Of a DNA stretch of 64,000 bases, positions 11,781 through 24,214 are shown piece by piece. The notes beneath the pieces were generated by a model. The model saw nothing but the letters and a program-made list of their open reading frames with translations. It was not told the DNA's origin and ran no database searches. Both the position numbers and the translations under genes were made by a program. The DNA lies in contig JAQFVV010000002.1 in NCBI GenBank assembly GCA_028023455.1, positions 10,912,001 through 10,976,000 on the forward strand, written 5' to 3'. The DNA comes from Epiperipatus broadwayi. Lineage: Eukaryota; Animalia; Onychophora. Positions within the stretch are counted from its first letter, which is position 1; the number at the start of each line of letters is the position of its first letter.

Positions 11781-12479
11781 TCCAGATTATCATCTCCACA
11801 CATATATACAATCAAAGCTCAGCTTATATTAAGATAGCCAATCTTTATACTTTAATGGACAGGCTTCAAATCACTCCACGCCACAACTCTTCAGCCATCC
11901 AATTCATTGAAAATCTGATGATGGAACACTCAAAGCCCATCTTAGTGCCACCCTTATCTTAATATAAGCTGAGCTTTGATTGTGGAGATGATAATCTGGA
12001 CCAACCGATAAGTGTTGATATATATAGTGGTGATTATTAATTTTTTCAACATGTGTGTAATCAAATGTATCAGCGATGTGAGATAGCATGGATGGTTGAG
12101 GATCATGTGAAGTCTGAGTTCAAACCCCTATATATTATATATAGAAGTCCAAATATGAAAAAAGGCCTATATTGTAGAAAAAATTCATATTTCAAAATAT
12201 AGTGCTTTAAGATCTGCCCATCCCTCATATATGTATGTAAATGGATTATGTCCTGTACATGAGGGGTCATCAGATGATTTGTGGTCATCATGGGTAGGAT
12301 GCAAAGGTTGGCACTAAGGTGGGCTTTGAGCATTCCATCATCATATTTTCAATGAAATGGATGGCTGAAGAGTTGTGGGGATGAAGTGGTTTGAAGCCTG
12401 TCCATTAAAGCATAAAGATTGGCTATCTTAATATAAGCTGAGCTTTGATTGTATATATGTGTGGAGATGATAATCTGGA

Positions 12480-12521
12480 CTAACTGATGAGTGCTAGTTT
12501 AGCATGAAATATGTATATTGG
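12480..12521 (+). ncRNA. Minimal type I hammerhead ribozyme with intact catalytic core
   Basis: CTAA CTGATGA GTGCTA GTT TAGCAT GAAA TATGTA TA^TTGG. Helix I CTAA/TTGG, 6-bp helix II, self-complementary helix III (ATATGTAT), AUA triplet; predicted cleavage between 12517 and 12518. Confidence 0.85.
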
Positions 12522-12574
12522 CAATTATTTATCTTTTCGACATGTGTGTGATCAAGTGTATCAGTGGTATGAGA

Positions 12575-12619
12575 TAGCATGGATGGTTGAGGGGAATGTG
12601 AAAGTCTTAGTTCAAACCC
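12575..12619 (+). promoter_or_regulatory. tRNA-like internal Pol III promoter (A-box-like and B-box) of the HHR element
   Basis: TAGCATGGATGG at 12575-12586 is about 1 mismatch from the A-box consensus. GTTCAAACC within 12609-12619 matches GWTCRANNC. Both are retained in all three unit copies. Confidence 0.55.
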
Positions 12620-13560
12620 CCTATATATTCCAAAATCAAAGTGTACAAAAGAAAGATATGACTCAATTTGTTTTTATGAAAAAGTAGAAAAATATGAACA
12701 AATATAAATATATATTTATTTCTGATCTGATGTTTGATAAGTATAACATCTCTATAAAAGTGAAATTAGTATTTAAAAACACCATATATGTAACACATAC
12801 TTAAAATTTTTAATTTTTGCTGCCCTTCAAAACCTGATTCGCCTAAACAATATTTGAGCTGCCTTATGTGTGGTGGCCCTGATGCCGCCTGAAAATTTAT
12901 AAATTTTCAAAGGTTAATCATAGTTAACTAGCAAATATGTACACTGCAATTCCACTTTTTTTAAGTAAATAAATTAAAGATATCTTTTTTTGTTAAAAAT
13001 GTCAATCTTCATTGATAAAAAATATAAATAAACACAAATAAAAGTTTCACTTACTAATGAAATATTTTTATTATATGTTACAGCAATGTCATCTATAAAG
13101 ATGTATTGTACCTAGTGAAATTCAAAATAAATTTCAATGTGTGGTATAATGTCAATTGTAAAAAAAAAATTTTTTTGATTGATTTTAGTAGTGAATACAT
13201 TAACCTGGTAAGCATTAGGATATATTGCTATGACAATAATAATATTGGAAAAGAAATGTTTATTATTAATTATAATTTGTAAAAATTGTGAATTGATTTT
13301 ATTTATTTTAAAAAATGTGTAAATAATAAAGTTTTTAGTATTGATGAAATTATTATTCTTTTTTCATTATATATGTTTTCATTACTGTTATATATGTTTT
13401 CATTACTGCCTTCATAACAGTAGACTACATTTAATACATTAAATGTTTAATGTCTCAAGTATGTTTGTTATTTTATTTGTATTATATTATGTTGAAAAAT
13501 ATAGGTAAAAAGTATACTTTCATTATAGTATGAAACAATGTAGACTTAATTGCTTAGTTT

Positions 13561-13748
13561 ATGTTGGAGTGAAAGTATACTATTTATATAAAAACCCAGA
13601 AAGAGACTACATGTGAGATGGGTGGATGAAATAAGAAAGTGTGCAGGGGTGATGTGAAGAAGAAAAGCTAAAGATCGGAAAAGATGGATTAAACTTGTAG
13701 AGATCTTCATCCTGCAGTAGATTGATAATGGTTGATGATGATGATGAT
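13561..13748 (+). mobile_element. RTE-clade LINE 3' fragment with (GAT)n tail
   Basis: gagatgggtggatgaaataagaaag...agatggattaaacttg followed by a GATGATGAT tail; similar to the 3' end of the RTE at 57.76-57.9 kb. Confidence 0.65.
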
Positions 13749-13949
13749 TTGTAGTAATTATATATATTTTTATTTGTCATTGTTATTATGTAATAAAATT
13801 TTTATTTATGAAATGCTGGCTGAAATTGACCAAAGAGTTAATATGAGGCATTGCTATAGTTTCTCTGGTGTCAATTAAAAAATTTATAAATAGGATTAAA
13901 ACATTTGAACTCATTCTCTTGTATCTTGGCTTTAATAGAAGCAAAACTA

Positions 13950-14400
13950 AGTTCCTTCATGTAATTTTTTTTATTTGTTCTTAAAAGTATATGATTATTA
14001 AATGGATAGAATAATGGGGTGAAAGCAATAACATTCATTCATTATCTGGGCAGATTTTCAGGAATTTGTGAGAGGTGACAATTTGTTGCTGAATGAAAAT
14101 AATTCATAGCAATTAAAAAAAACCATTGGAATATTTCTTCACTTTAAAAATGGATATTGCTTACTTTTCAAGGATGAGATGTAAATGCTAACTACATAGG
14201 AATATAAACAAAAATTATGTTCACCTGTCAATATAGTTTTATGAGGTTGATGAGTTATTTCCCTACAGGAAGGAAATTGGTTCAATTTCCATAGCATCAT
14301 CATAGATGAAACTAGCATCTGTTCATTTGTAATGTTTTGTGAATCAATTACTTTCTAAATGAAAGAATATATACATTGCATCATCATGGATATAAATTAA
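13950..14400 (+). pseudogene. Possible mariner-like transposase relic
   Basis: FQEFVRGDNLLLNE resembles the mariner WFxRFxxGD region, and FHSIIIDETSI resembles the IITGDETW first-Asp motif. No TIRs found. Confidence 0.35.
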
Positions 14401-15239
14401 TGTTTGCACACTTATAACATTATATAGATCACATATCTGCTAAATGAAAAGATAATTTGGATATATAATAAATAATGGAATGACAAAAATGTACTTCGAA
14501 TTTTATAGCTTTTTGTGATATTTATATCTTCTCGGAATAATGAAATATCATCGGAATTTGGCTTAGGAAATGGACATTAGAGCTATGATATTATTTTGGA
14601 AATATTGTATTTGAAGACAATTACTCAGGTCATTTGCTATTATATATATCATTATTATTATTTTTTGTATGTATAACTATGGTATTTAAGTTGAGATTTA
14701 TTTTACATGCTTAAAATATAGGCGAGTTATATTTTCTAAATTTAAATTTATATTTAATAGCTTAGTAATATAATTCTAATTTTAAAATATTTATCTTCTT
14801 ATTCATTGATTAATTTCAAATATTTATTTTTATTTTGTTCTCTTAGAATACTGTGAATGAATAGGTAGATTCATCTTTAGTATATTTTTATTTCAATTAA
14901 CTATTTTTTTACATAAATATTAAGAATGTTCTTGATTCTCTTATATTTTGAAAAGTGCATATGTATTACAACACATTTGTGTTACATAAATATATATTGT
15001 AATCTTAGCATTTGATAGGTGAAGTTTGATGTACAATCACCTATTTAATTTAAAAGAATTAACATCAATTGAGAATCTAATGCATAAGGCATAATTGGAT
15101 CATATGTATATATTTTAAATGTCTATGATGTTTTCCATGTATATATTTTATTTAATTTTTATCCATTTGTTAATAAATTTTGAATTAATTTAAACAAGTA
15201 AACTTGTTTGGTTTTTATTCAATTTTGCAATGTAAATTT

Positions 15240-16400
15240 ATTGGAATAAGACTTTTATCTTAATTTTAAATTTACAAACAAATCCATTAATTGAAATTTA
15301 GGATTACCCCCATTACATATTACATAATTTATTATTGACACATTCATAAACGTAAATTAGCAAACAAATTATACCCTAATACTCTGATCTTGAATATCCA
15401 GGCTATCTAATAATTTTTATCAAAATACAACACTGAATAAATAATACATTTATACTATGGGTACAATATACACTTTTGAGAGGTTATATTATCAATTGTG
15501 GGAATAAAACAAATTAATTCATTTGTCTATCAAGAGAGCAGCTTTAAATAATCTTAATTAAATGATCACTTTAAATATCTACAATTTCATGCATACAAAA
15601 ATAAAAATAGAAACAAATACTAATCATTCTGATGATTTGATGATTTCTAACTTATGGTAAATTTAATATGATGTACTGTATAATGTTTATTTTCAGATAT
15701 ATAAACTTAGCAATATTATATCTCTATATCCACGATATTATTTACATTACGCGTGTGTGTTATATCTTAAGCAATGATAAAAGAAAACAATCTTCTTTAC
15801 ACATTATCAATTTATTCAGGAATTATTAAATAATTATTTAATCTCGGACAATGTCATAGACCAACCAACCAATAGAACACTATATCTATTCTAATATTCA
15901 ATAAAGAATTTAAATTAACTATTTATCCGACCACTGACTGAATTACACAGAGCTATATTTTTATGATAAAACAAACTAGACATTCAAGAGGAACCCAGCA
16001 CATGAGGAGCGAATAAACTCTTTAACTAATACATCAACAATAACTTATTTAAACCTGAAATACACTATTGGTGGAATTTTTCTCATCACCAAACAAACAA
16101 TGGGGAAATGTCACTTGACTTCATAAATATCATTTCATAATATGCACATATAGAATCTAAAATAGGCTCTACTCATGGCAAAATACTTAAAAATATACTA
16201 AGGGGATAAATCTTTCATCCCTACAAACATAGAATGTATCAAGAATAATTTCCTTTCTCACAGCTCTTCTACATATCTAGCATTATACGCTGGCAGATAA
16301 AGTCAGATAAATACACACAGATAAACCAATCATCCCTTCAATTCTTTAGAATATGACAACATCCGAATTTTATATTGAGAAATAGTTACAAAACTGAATG
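15240..16400 (+). mobile_element. Very decayed Penelope-like relic (tentative)
   Basis: Weak fragments resembling the thumb, GIY-YIG (YIINC...QESSFK) and RT (MSLDFINI); no long ORF. Confidence 0.22.
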
Positions 16401-17998
16401 TTTACCAAGTAAATATAATAATTGCACAAAATAGACACACACATGCATAAATAAGAGTATGAAGAACAATTCTAAGTTATATAATATGCGAAAGTTACGA
16501 CAGATAAATAACATATTAAAATATAAACTTTTAGCTTAAATTAGACATTCAGTTGTTTCAAATTTAAATAATAATAATGATTATGAACGAGTTTTTATAC
16601 TTTAAATAGCGATAATCTAATAAATGAGGTTTTATTACCTCTAACACAATATTCTTTTTTTTTTCTCTAGCTACTCTTGAAATTAATTCTCACTTCGAGA
16701 TAAAAGAGAGATATATAAGATTAAATCATTATCTTTTAACAATATACCCATATATATATATTTCACTTTCAAATAAATAAATTATATTTAAACAATATCA
16801 ATTTTACCAGCCTACCCATCATTTGTGGATATGCTGTTCCGAGAAGTTCTAGAAGTTCGCAAATTAAATAAATAAACATATAATATTAAATACATCTATC
16901 TAGCTGTCTATTGTATACCTATGTATCAATAACTGCAAATAATAACAGAAAGTAAAAGGTTATTCTTTTTTTTAAACTTAAAAAAAAAAGTTCATTTGTA
17001 AAGTTCTTTTCCAAGCTTCCTGAATGATACGGAGATGAATCCCAAAATGAGTGCATGTTTAATACGAATATGAAACATAAAATAAATTCTTGTAGGATGA
17101 AACAGTTATAATTCACAATTAATTTAGTCAATCTAAGAGTTTACTTACATATCACATACAACAATAAATATTTATAGTAATAAATACATGGAAAGACAGT
17201 TTCAGCTATTAATTGGTATACTCTGTTATTTATTTTTAAGCACATCTAGGGTATTTAATTCAATGATAACTTAACATATTTTTCTGCAGAAAATATTCAC
17301 TTTCATAATTTATAGATTGGCATTTGCATTATTAACTTTATACTTATATAAAGCTAAAGCATGTGCTGACATTGCGCTTAATAAGAATTAATATTTATTA
17401 TTAACTTTAATAAGTTGCTGATAATTGTCCACATGAAATTTGTATTTCCTTAAACATTAACATATTTTTTTTCCTTAATATATCTATATCGAAGAGAACA
17501 AAAATATGTAATATTAAAGTCCTTCTATTCGATTCAGGCATCTATATTTGGTAAGTAGTAGTAATTAATTATTCTGGGTAAGTCATATCTTTATTACTTT
17601 AATAAAACACATTATTTTATAAGCATAAACAAGATATAAAGTTAGCATTCCATAATAATTATTAAATATCAAACACATAATCAAGTACACGCATCCTTTT
17701 AAATTTTAACTTCACTTTTGATACGTAAAATATAAGTTAAACAGAGAGTTTATCAAGGTAAATTTTGTTAAAAAAGTCTGTATATGCTTCCAGGACAATG
17801 AAACATTATAGACTTCACACATTGTAAGTAAGAAATTATAAAGTTCATGCATTTTAGTATTCTTTTTAACAGAGATAAATAAGTAAATGAGATAACATAA
17901 GTTTAACAGTACAGAAGCACATCTTTAAACAAAATGAAAGTGTTAATTTAAATGTTTTAATTAGACAAAAGAAATAAGATTGATACCTTCTTTATATT

Positions 17999-18064
17999 TT
18001 ATTCAGCCATTCTCCTATAAAGCTTTAAATGTCTGAAGTTCCTATAACGAGCTTTATGAAAAGG
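17999..18064 (-). CDS. Speculative terminal coding exon (PFHKARYRNFRHLKLYRRMAE*)
   Basis: An AG acceptor at 18065-18066 with a weak pyrimidine tract; the phase is compatible with the 20877 donor. Nothing else supports it. Confidence 0.2.
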   Translation of the reverse strand, partial: PFHKARYRNFRHLKLYRRMAE

Positions 18065-20048
18065 CTGTTTTAGAGTTTCACTTTAAACTGTTTTGGGAAG
18101 AGATACAATCGATAGCAGCAGAAATGAAAAGTACACTTGTTGAAATTACAAAAGATAATGTTTTTTTTTATTACCAGCTATCAGTTAAAAAAAAATCTCC
18201 CCCAGCAATCAAAAAGGTCACCTGATTATCCAAAGCTCAACTTCCACGTTTTTGCACTTGATCAATTAATTAATATTCAAGAAATCTTTTCTTAAAAAAA
18301 AATATTTTGACCACAATTAAATCAAGTCAAATAAAACAAAAAAAAATAACTTTTTACAAACTTAAAACAAATGAATATCAATTAGCTATTAAATAAAATG
18401 GTTTATAATATTATTTAAATTGGTCAAATAATTTACTAATTCTGATATCCATTAATCACTAAAGAAAATATATTTTTGCAAAATTAATAAAGATAATTAC
18501 TGTAATTTAAATGTTTTATTGTAAGTTTAATATTATTGTAATTAAAATATGAAAATAAAATGAGATAATGATATTCATAAACATTACGCACTGCTATATG
18601 AATATTAAATTATTCTAACCAAAACATAACCGATATGGCCATGGGTTAAACATATATCACTGACTATAATATTAGTAAAAGGGATGGGTGTCAATGAATA
18701 ATAAATCAGAAAACCATTCAACAAACACTGACACTATCTTATAAATAAATAAAACAAATTTGCATCAATCTAACTATTATAATAACACTTTCTGTAATAA
18801 CCCACCCCCCTTCCTTGCATTAAACACTATCAAAATATGATAATAACAATAAATTCTTGAGAAATTGCTAACTAAAATGCGCAGTTGGCCCACATATAAG
18901 TTTTTGAACCATTAATAGAAAAATTTTAAGACGATTTCATTTTTTTTAGTATAATGCAGTTATTCACTACTGATGCAACACAGCTTAATTACTTGTGCCC
19001 ATTAAGAAGGTCACAATATATATATAAAAGCTTCAATCATAATGCATGATACATTGATTGCTTCATCATTATACTATGTAAAAATAGACTAATCACTCTT
19101 AATTATGCATGCATTTCAAGAACAACTTTTTTTATCAGCTGCCTAAAGTGTGGTCAATCATCAGTTCAAATATAACATTAAAGTATGAATAATAAAAGTT
19201 ATGACCGTTCATAAACCAGCCTGCATATGGCTAAACATTAACCAAGGTCATAAACTCATTTTATTAATTGATCAGTTTTATATGTAGTGTGGTGATTAAA
19301 TAATACTTCAAAATATATTTTGATTGGAGCTTACATATTTTCAGATTTGTTTACATATATTTCTAAATATGTTATTTATTATATTGAAGCTGTAAATATG
19401 TTCTACATATTTGTGCTTCACCTGTTGCTAATTATATAACTACTAACATGGATTTGAATCCAACTTATATGTAATTAGCACCAATATCTAGCAATGGGTG
19501 ATAGCGTATATATATATAGATACACAAATTTAAATGGATCTTTAGTAAATTTAAATATTTTATGGAAAACTAATTATGAAAAAAACATTTATTTTTCTTT
19601 TATAAATTATCAAGAAATTTTAAATTCTTTTACATACTTAATTCGTGTATGTATATATATGTAGGATAGATAAATAATCTTATATATTGTAAATAAATTT
19701 TTTTATAATTTATATAAAATAAAATCGACATTTAAGAGGCACAATGCAATCAGTAGATCGTGAGATTTTGGCGAGTCATTGTATCATTCTAAAAAATGTA
19801 GAAAATGTTATAAATACCAAAAATTCTTTAATTAAATTTTACATTGCTAATTGATCGGTTTTTCATACTATATATGGAATTGTAAATCAATTTAGTTAAA
19901 ATTTCACTTGGCTAGTGATCCGTCGGTGCTGATTTAGTATGCGCTCATGGCCGCCATTTTGAATTACAAGAACCACCCAAACCATGCTGAAACATCCAAC
20001 CGATAAATGACATCGATCAAAATGGCCATTTTCGTAGGAAAAAAAAAA

Positions 20049-20280
20049 CAAAAATCGGAATTTTCATATTAAAAAAAAAAACAATCACGTGACTAAAATA
20101 TTATAACACAAAAATCGCAATTTTCATAAAAAAAAAAACCAAAATCGGAATTTGTCATAAAAAAAAAAAGCCAATCACGTGACTAAAATATTATAACAAA
20201 AAATTGCAATTTTCATAAAAAAAAAAACCAAAATCGGAATTTGTCATAAAAAAAAAAACCCCCAATCACGAAAAAAAAAA
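20049..20280. repeat. About 90-bp tandem repeat (about 2.5 copies, built from roughly 30-bp subunits) containing CAATCACGTGAC
   Basis: aaaatcggaattt recurs at 20051, 20141 and 20230; CACGTG at 20086 and 20176. Confidence 0.85.
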
Positions 20281-20876
20281 TGATGACTTAAAATTAATAG
20301 ATTTAAAATACTATATGCCAAAAGATTATAACTTATAAAATCGGAATGCTAAAAATGTTAAAAAATAATGATGAAAAGATTTTAAGCCATAATTATATTT
20401 TCATCCAGTTATAAAAATGGAATCACGAAGACAAAAAAGGCGGCAAACATCTTGAATACACGTTATCTACATCTACATCAATCTTTTTAAAAAAATCATA
20501 TTTCAGTTTATTAAACCATTTACTCATCCTAATCAAAATGATCCTACATAGAAATGTAGGCCAATGTAAGATATAGCTAAGTATACTAAGTTTGAAACAA
20601 TGACTGGCCCGAATTTGATCAGATTAAAATCTAAACAAAAATGTAATGGAAACAAAAGATTATGTCCTGTATATAGAGATGCATGAAATGGATAAAATAG
20701 CTTGCTTCAAGGCAGAATTCTTTAAATATTTACTTTATGTATAAATAGCTAAATTTTTGGCTATCAGATATACTTGTTCTAAGTCTTATCTCAGAGTATT
20801 ATTATACTTCACATCTGTTTAATTGATAAAATAAGTAATGTTGGGGTAAAAGAAGTGACTGTTTGCTTTCCCATAC

Positions 20877-21002
20877 CTCTGGGAATCTCATCTCCCATTC
20901 ACTATGCCGAAGCTTGAAACATCTGGGCCGAATATGTATACTGTTCAAAGAAGATGTTTGCCTGTAAGTGAACTTTAAATCTCTACTGATGTCTGTTTCC
21001 AT
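20877..21002 (-). CDS. Candidate coding exon of an unidentified host gene
   Basis: Open frame METDISRDLKFTYRQTSSLNSIHIRPRCFKLRHSEWEMRFPE ends at a GAG|gtatgg donor. An alternative acceptor ttcacttacag gives an 85-nt exon at 20877-20961. The segment is GC-richer than its flanks. Confidence 0.35.
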
Positions 21003-22906
21003 TCAAACCAGTCTTTGATCATGATCTGCCGATTACATGTCGTTTCAACAAGTTGGCCAAGGTAAAATGTCTACATTGCTATCAATTAGTGAACTCTTAA
21101 TTAATCTAAATTTTATTTAAAATTATACTGTAATTCTTTTCTTATTATATTTAATTCTTAAAACCCATTTTGTATAATGCTCAATAATGTCTATACAATT
21201 TATTTTAATGCTGTATAAGTTCTTTTTAAATTTTGGTGCAGCAATTTAGATTGAATTTTATTTTTCTCTTAGTTTGTTATTTTGATTTCTTTAATATGCC
21301 AAGTTGGTATCCAACCTAGCAAGCAAGTTTAAACTTCACTGCTCATAGTTTCTCCTGTTAAATAGTTGGAGATGTAAATTTTCTTTAAAGTTAATTATTA
21401 TAAACTCGTTTGGTTTTCTACCAATTATTTTATATAATGATGTTTACTTTTAAATGGCAAGTAATGCTTTAATACCTATACTTAGCTGCCCTCATTAATT
21501 ATAAACTAAGTCCATACCTAAAAATATGTTTACCAATTTATTTAATTAAATCTCACCAGAAGTGAGTTTAATATTCCATGTATTATCTGCATATGTGTGA
21601 TCTATAATTTATTTTTTTGTAATTAATATGTCCAATTGTAAGGAGATATTTTAGAAGTGTGGGAGAAAGCATTCTATCCTCTTTAGTCTTTATATTCTGA
21701 CCCATTTTACATGTTCTTAGGCATTAGTTAATCGCCAGAAGATGGTTTGTGTTTAGGCATTCCATTATGCCAGATAGTATATGATTTTAAACAAGTATTA
21801 ATTAGTTTATCATAGCTGTTAGTGGTACAAACTATATATATATATTAGGCATTATTGGAGTATCATTACAATTATTTAACTCATTGATTTTCTTGCTTTC
21901 CCATGCACTTTGGGATCTTCGATGTGCCTGGACCCAATCCTCATTATCTCTCACAATGTAGATGCTTTTCCTACTAGGGATCTCTTTTAGGCATTTCTAA
22001 TGATATAGGTGTGGGAAAATATGGACAAACCATCCCATCATGTTAGCTTGTGACACTACTCAGATATGTTCTTGGCTGTCGTGCAGACATATTCCACTCT
22101 TGTGTCACTATTCTTCAGAGCTATGTCCTTGGCCATCATGCAGGCATAGTCTCACCTTTGGGAAAATATGACAGCCATTCAGAGTGTCTTAAGTGACCTC
22201 ATTCATATATACAATTGTAAATTATAACATAATACCACCTTTATTATTGTTAATTTATTTATACACTTGCAATGCTATCTGTAAGCTGTAACTATATACT
22301 TTTCTCCACCCATTCTATAAGTCAGATTATATAATTGCAGCTTATTCTAGGTTGAACCATCTTACTCCTATCCATTTGAGCGATCTCCCAAATATAAGAG
22401 AAATGTGATCACGCATGCTTTTAAAATCACACATCATAAACTCTTACTTATATATATAATGTTATAATAAAATCCATTAGTGTGAATTTATAATATTTTA
22501 AATGAGGATTAAGCTACAATGTATTATTGTTTATCAAATTAATTTATTCCATAACCTTGGCATATTGACCACACCAACCAATTTTATATTATAGATATAT
22601 TAATTGCAGTTATGTGTTAAACCAATATTATTCACTTATGTAAATTCCAAATGATCTATTCAATTAATTCAGATGCATAATGGAAAATCAAACCATCAGC
22701 AAACTTGTAATAATAATTGTATAGACATTCTTCACAAATGTTTTCCTGAAGGTTTGTGATCATGGTGTTCTAGTTGTATTTTTCTATTGGATTATTTCCA
22801 TAATCTAATATGAATATTGAATGTCTTCAGAAAAATTTAACTTTTATTTAAATATTCCAAATATATTCAATTGTTAGTAATAGCACATCAAACAAGTTAG
22901 TATATG

Positions 22907-22949
22907 CACAATGTTTTGAGAGGTATTATTCTTCCCTCTTCTTCAGGTG
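22907..22949 (-). ncRNA. Minimal hammerhead ribozyme motif with G12A CpG decay
   Basis: CAC CTGAAGA A GAGGG AAGAATAATAC CTCTC AAAA CATT GTG. Helix I CAC/GTG and a 5-bp helix II; the inferred ancestor is CGAAACGTT with a palindromic helix III. Confidence 0.65.
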
Positions 22950-23057
22950 TTGTTAGCCTGACCAGTGACAGTACTAGCATGGGATTTAAACCCGAACCCT
23001 TAGATTCTTGAGTATTGAATTTTAAGATAGTGCTCTAACCAACTGAGCCATCCTGCC
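22907..23057 (-). mobile_element. Short SINE with tRNA(Leu-like) head and 3' hammerhead ribozyme
   Basis: Reverse complement: GGCAGGATGGCTCAGTTGGTTAGAGC (A box), CTTAAAATTCAAT, GGGTTTAAATCCC (B-box-like), a short linker, then the HHR motif. A related rearranged copy is at 62736-62900. Confidence 0.7.
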
Positions 23058-24214
23058 AAATATTTTGTTTCATTTATAATTATTAAACTATCATTTAATC
23101 ATATAATAAATTTATGTTATATCATTTTTCTGTATTCTTGTATTTGTCATTCATTGTCTGAATCTCTAGTATTCATTATTTGATGAGTTATGTTGTTCTA
23201 TAAGTGAATGAGATTTTATTTAATATTATTAATTAAACTCCCTTTGGTTTAATGTTGCCTTGAATATTATTACGGCTCTGATTATTGCAATAGTCTGTAT
23301 CGTTCTTCAATTGTTATATTTCGTAGAAATTATTAGCTAATAACTTGAATATATTATTGATTTCCAAGTCTTCATGCTCACCTTGTTCTCATTGCTGGGA
23401 CCAAAGTCAATAGGAAACTTGTAATATCCTCAAAAACATTGCTCATATAATCACAGACTCTGAAGCCCAGGCAAATAGATTAACATTTAATATTGTTCCT
23501 GATTTATGTATCTTGCACATACTGGATTGATGTACTTTTGCTTGGATTCTAGGTCTTGTTGAATGATACACGATTTTGACTGATACAATATATAGTTATG
23601 TGTTTAAATGCTTCATTTATTATTTTTATGGTTGAATTAATAAATTGAGCTTATATGACTTTATCTTGTTCAATGGGCTAATTTATGGATTATTCATATT
23701 TTAATATCAAACTGATTAATTTACTATAACCAATAATAAAATTAAGCTTGCTATATTTGTATGAATAATTGGATGGTACTTGTGGCAGCTGATGCAAAAT
23801 CTATACGTATATCAGAATGATTGGTCAAATAATGAATGATTCAAATACTATGATGGAAGTTTATAATTTTTCGAAGTTTGTTCATTTTATATTCAATAAT
23901 CTAATTGAATTATTAAATGTTTTTAATGTCAATGTTTCTTGCATATCTATTTGTTAATGTTTAAGAATGTTAAAAGCTAATAAACTTTTTATTAAACATG
24001 TAAAATTTATCAGATATTGTTGAAATCGCGTCATTAAATATATTACTGTTCAAATTATTTTAAATTTAGTTCAGTCATAAAATCAATCTTTATTGAATTT
24101 TTATACATTTAACTACCTATTGCTGTTTAAAAAAATGAAAATACGAATTAACTTGCTTGAGACTAATTACATTTTATATTCAATTTTTGTTTTAAAAAGG
24201 GTATTTCCTTTTAC

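Larger units (their letters stand above)
11569..12628. mobile_element. Non-coding HHR-bearing retroelement (retrozyme/SINE-like): one inverted partial copy plus about 1.4 tandem copies of a 470-495-bp unit
   Basis: 11569-11955 is a reverse-complement copy of the unit. 11955-12628 is a direct partial tandem (tatcttaatataagctgagc at 11955 and 12424). The unit has an HHR and tRNA-like A/B boxes and no credible ORF. Confidence 0.85.

Noticed and set aside
11915-11945. Antisense hammerhead (CTGATGATGGAACACTCAAAG)
   Set aside because: Helix II would be at most 2 bp, there is no helix III or I, and the core is not conserved in the other copy (ATGATGA).
9111-11962. Short ORFs in the ORF track (for example 9111-9422, 10098-10397, 11581-11832, 11777-11962)
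   Set aside because: These are F/I/L/Y-rich translations typical of random AT-rich DNA, or they overlap non-coding repeats; no motifs or splice support.
12362-12405. Second hammerhead in the 470-bp unit (CTGAAGAG...TGAAGCC)
   Set aside because: There is no helix II pairing, GAAG replaces GAAA, and no NUH site is in register with helix I.
12830-12881. hAT-like terminus ending GGCCCTG
   Set aside because: No partner end or TSD was found, so it is at most a solo remnant.
20049-20280. CRISPR-like array
   Set aside because: The units repeat along their whole length with no unique spacers, there are no cas genes, and the context is eukaryotic. The same applies to the 44.7-kb and 53-kb repeats.
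21850-22200. GC-richer segment with an internal repeat and CTGAAGA on the minus strand
   Set aside because: No GAAA or helices for a hammerhead and no open frame; probably an unclassified TE fragment that I cannot assign.
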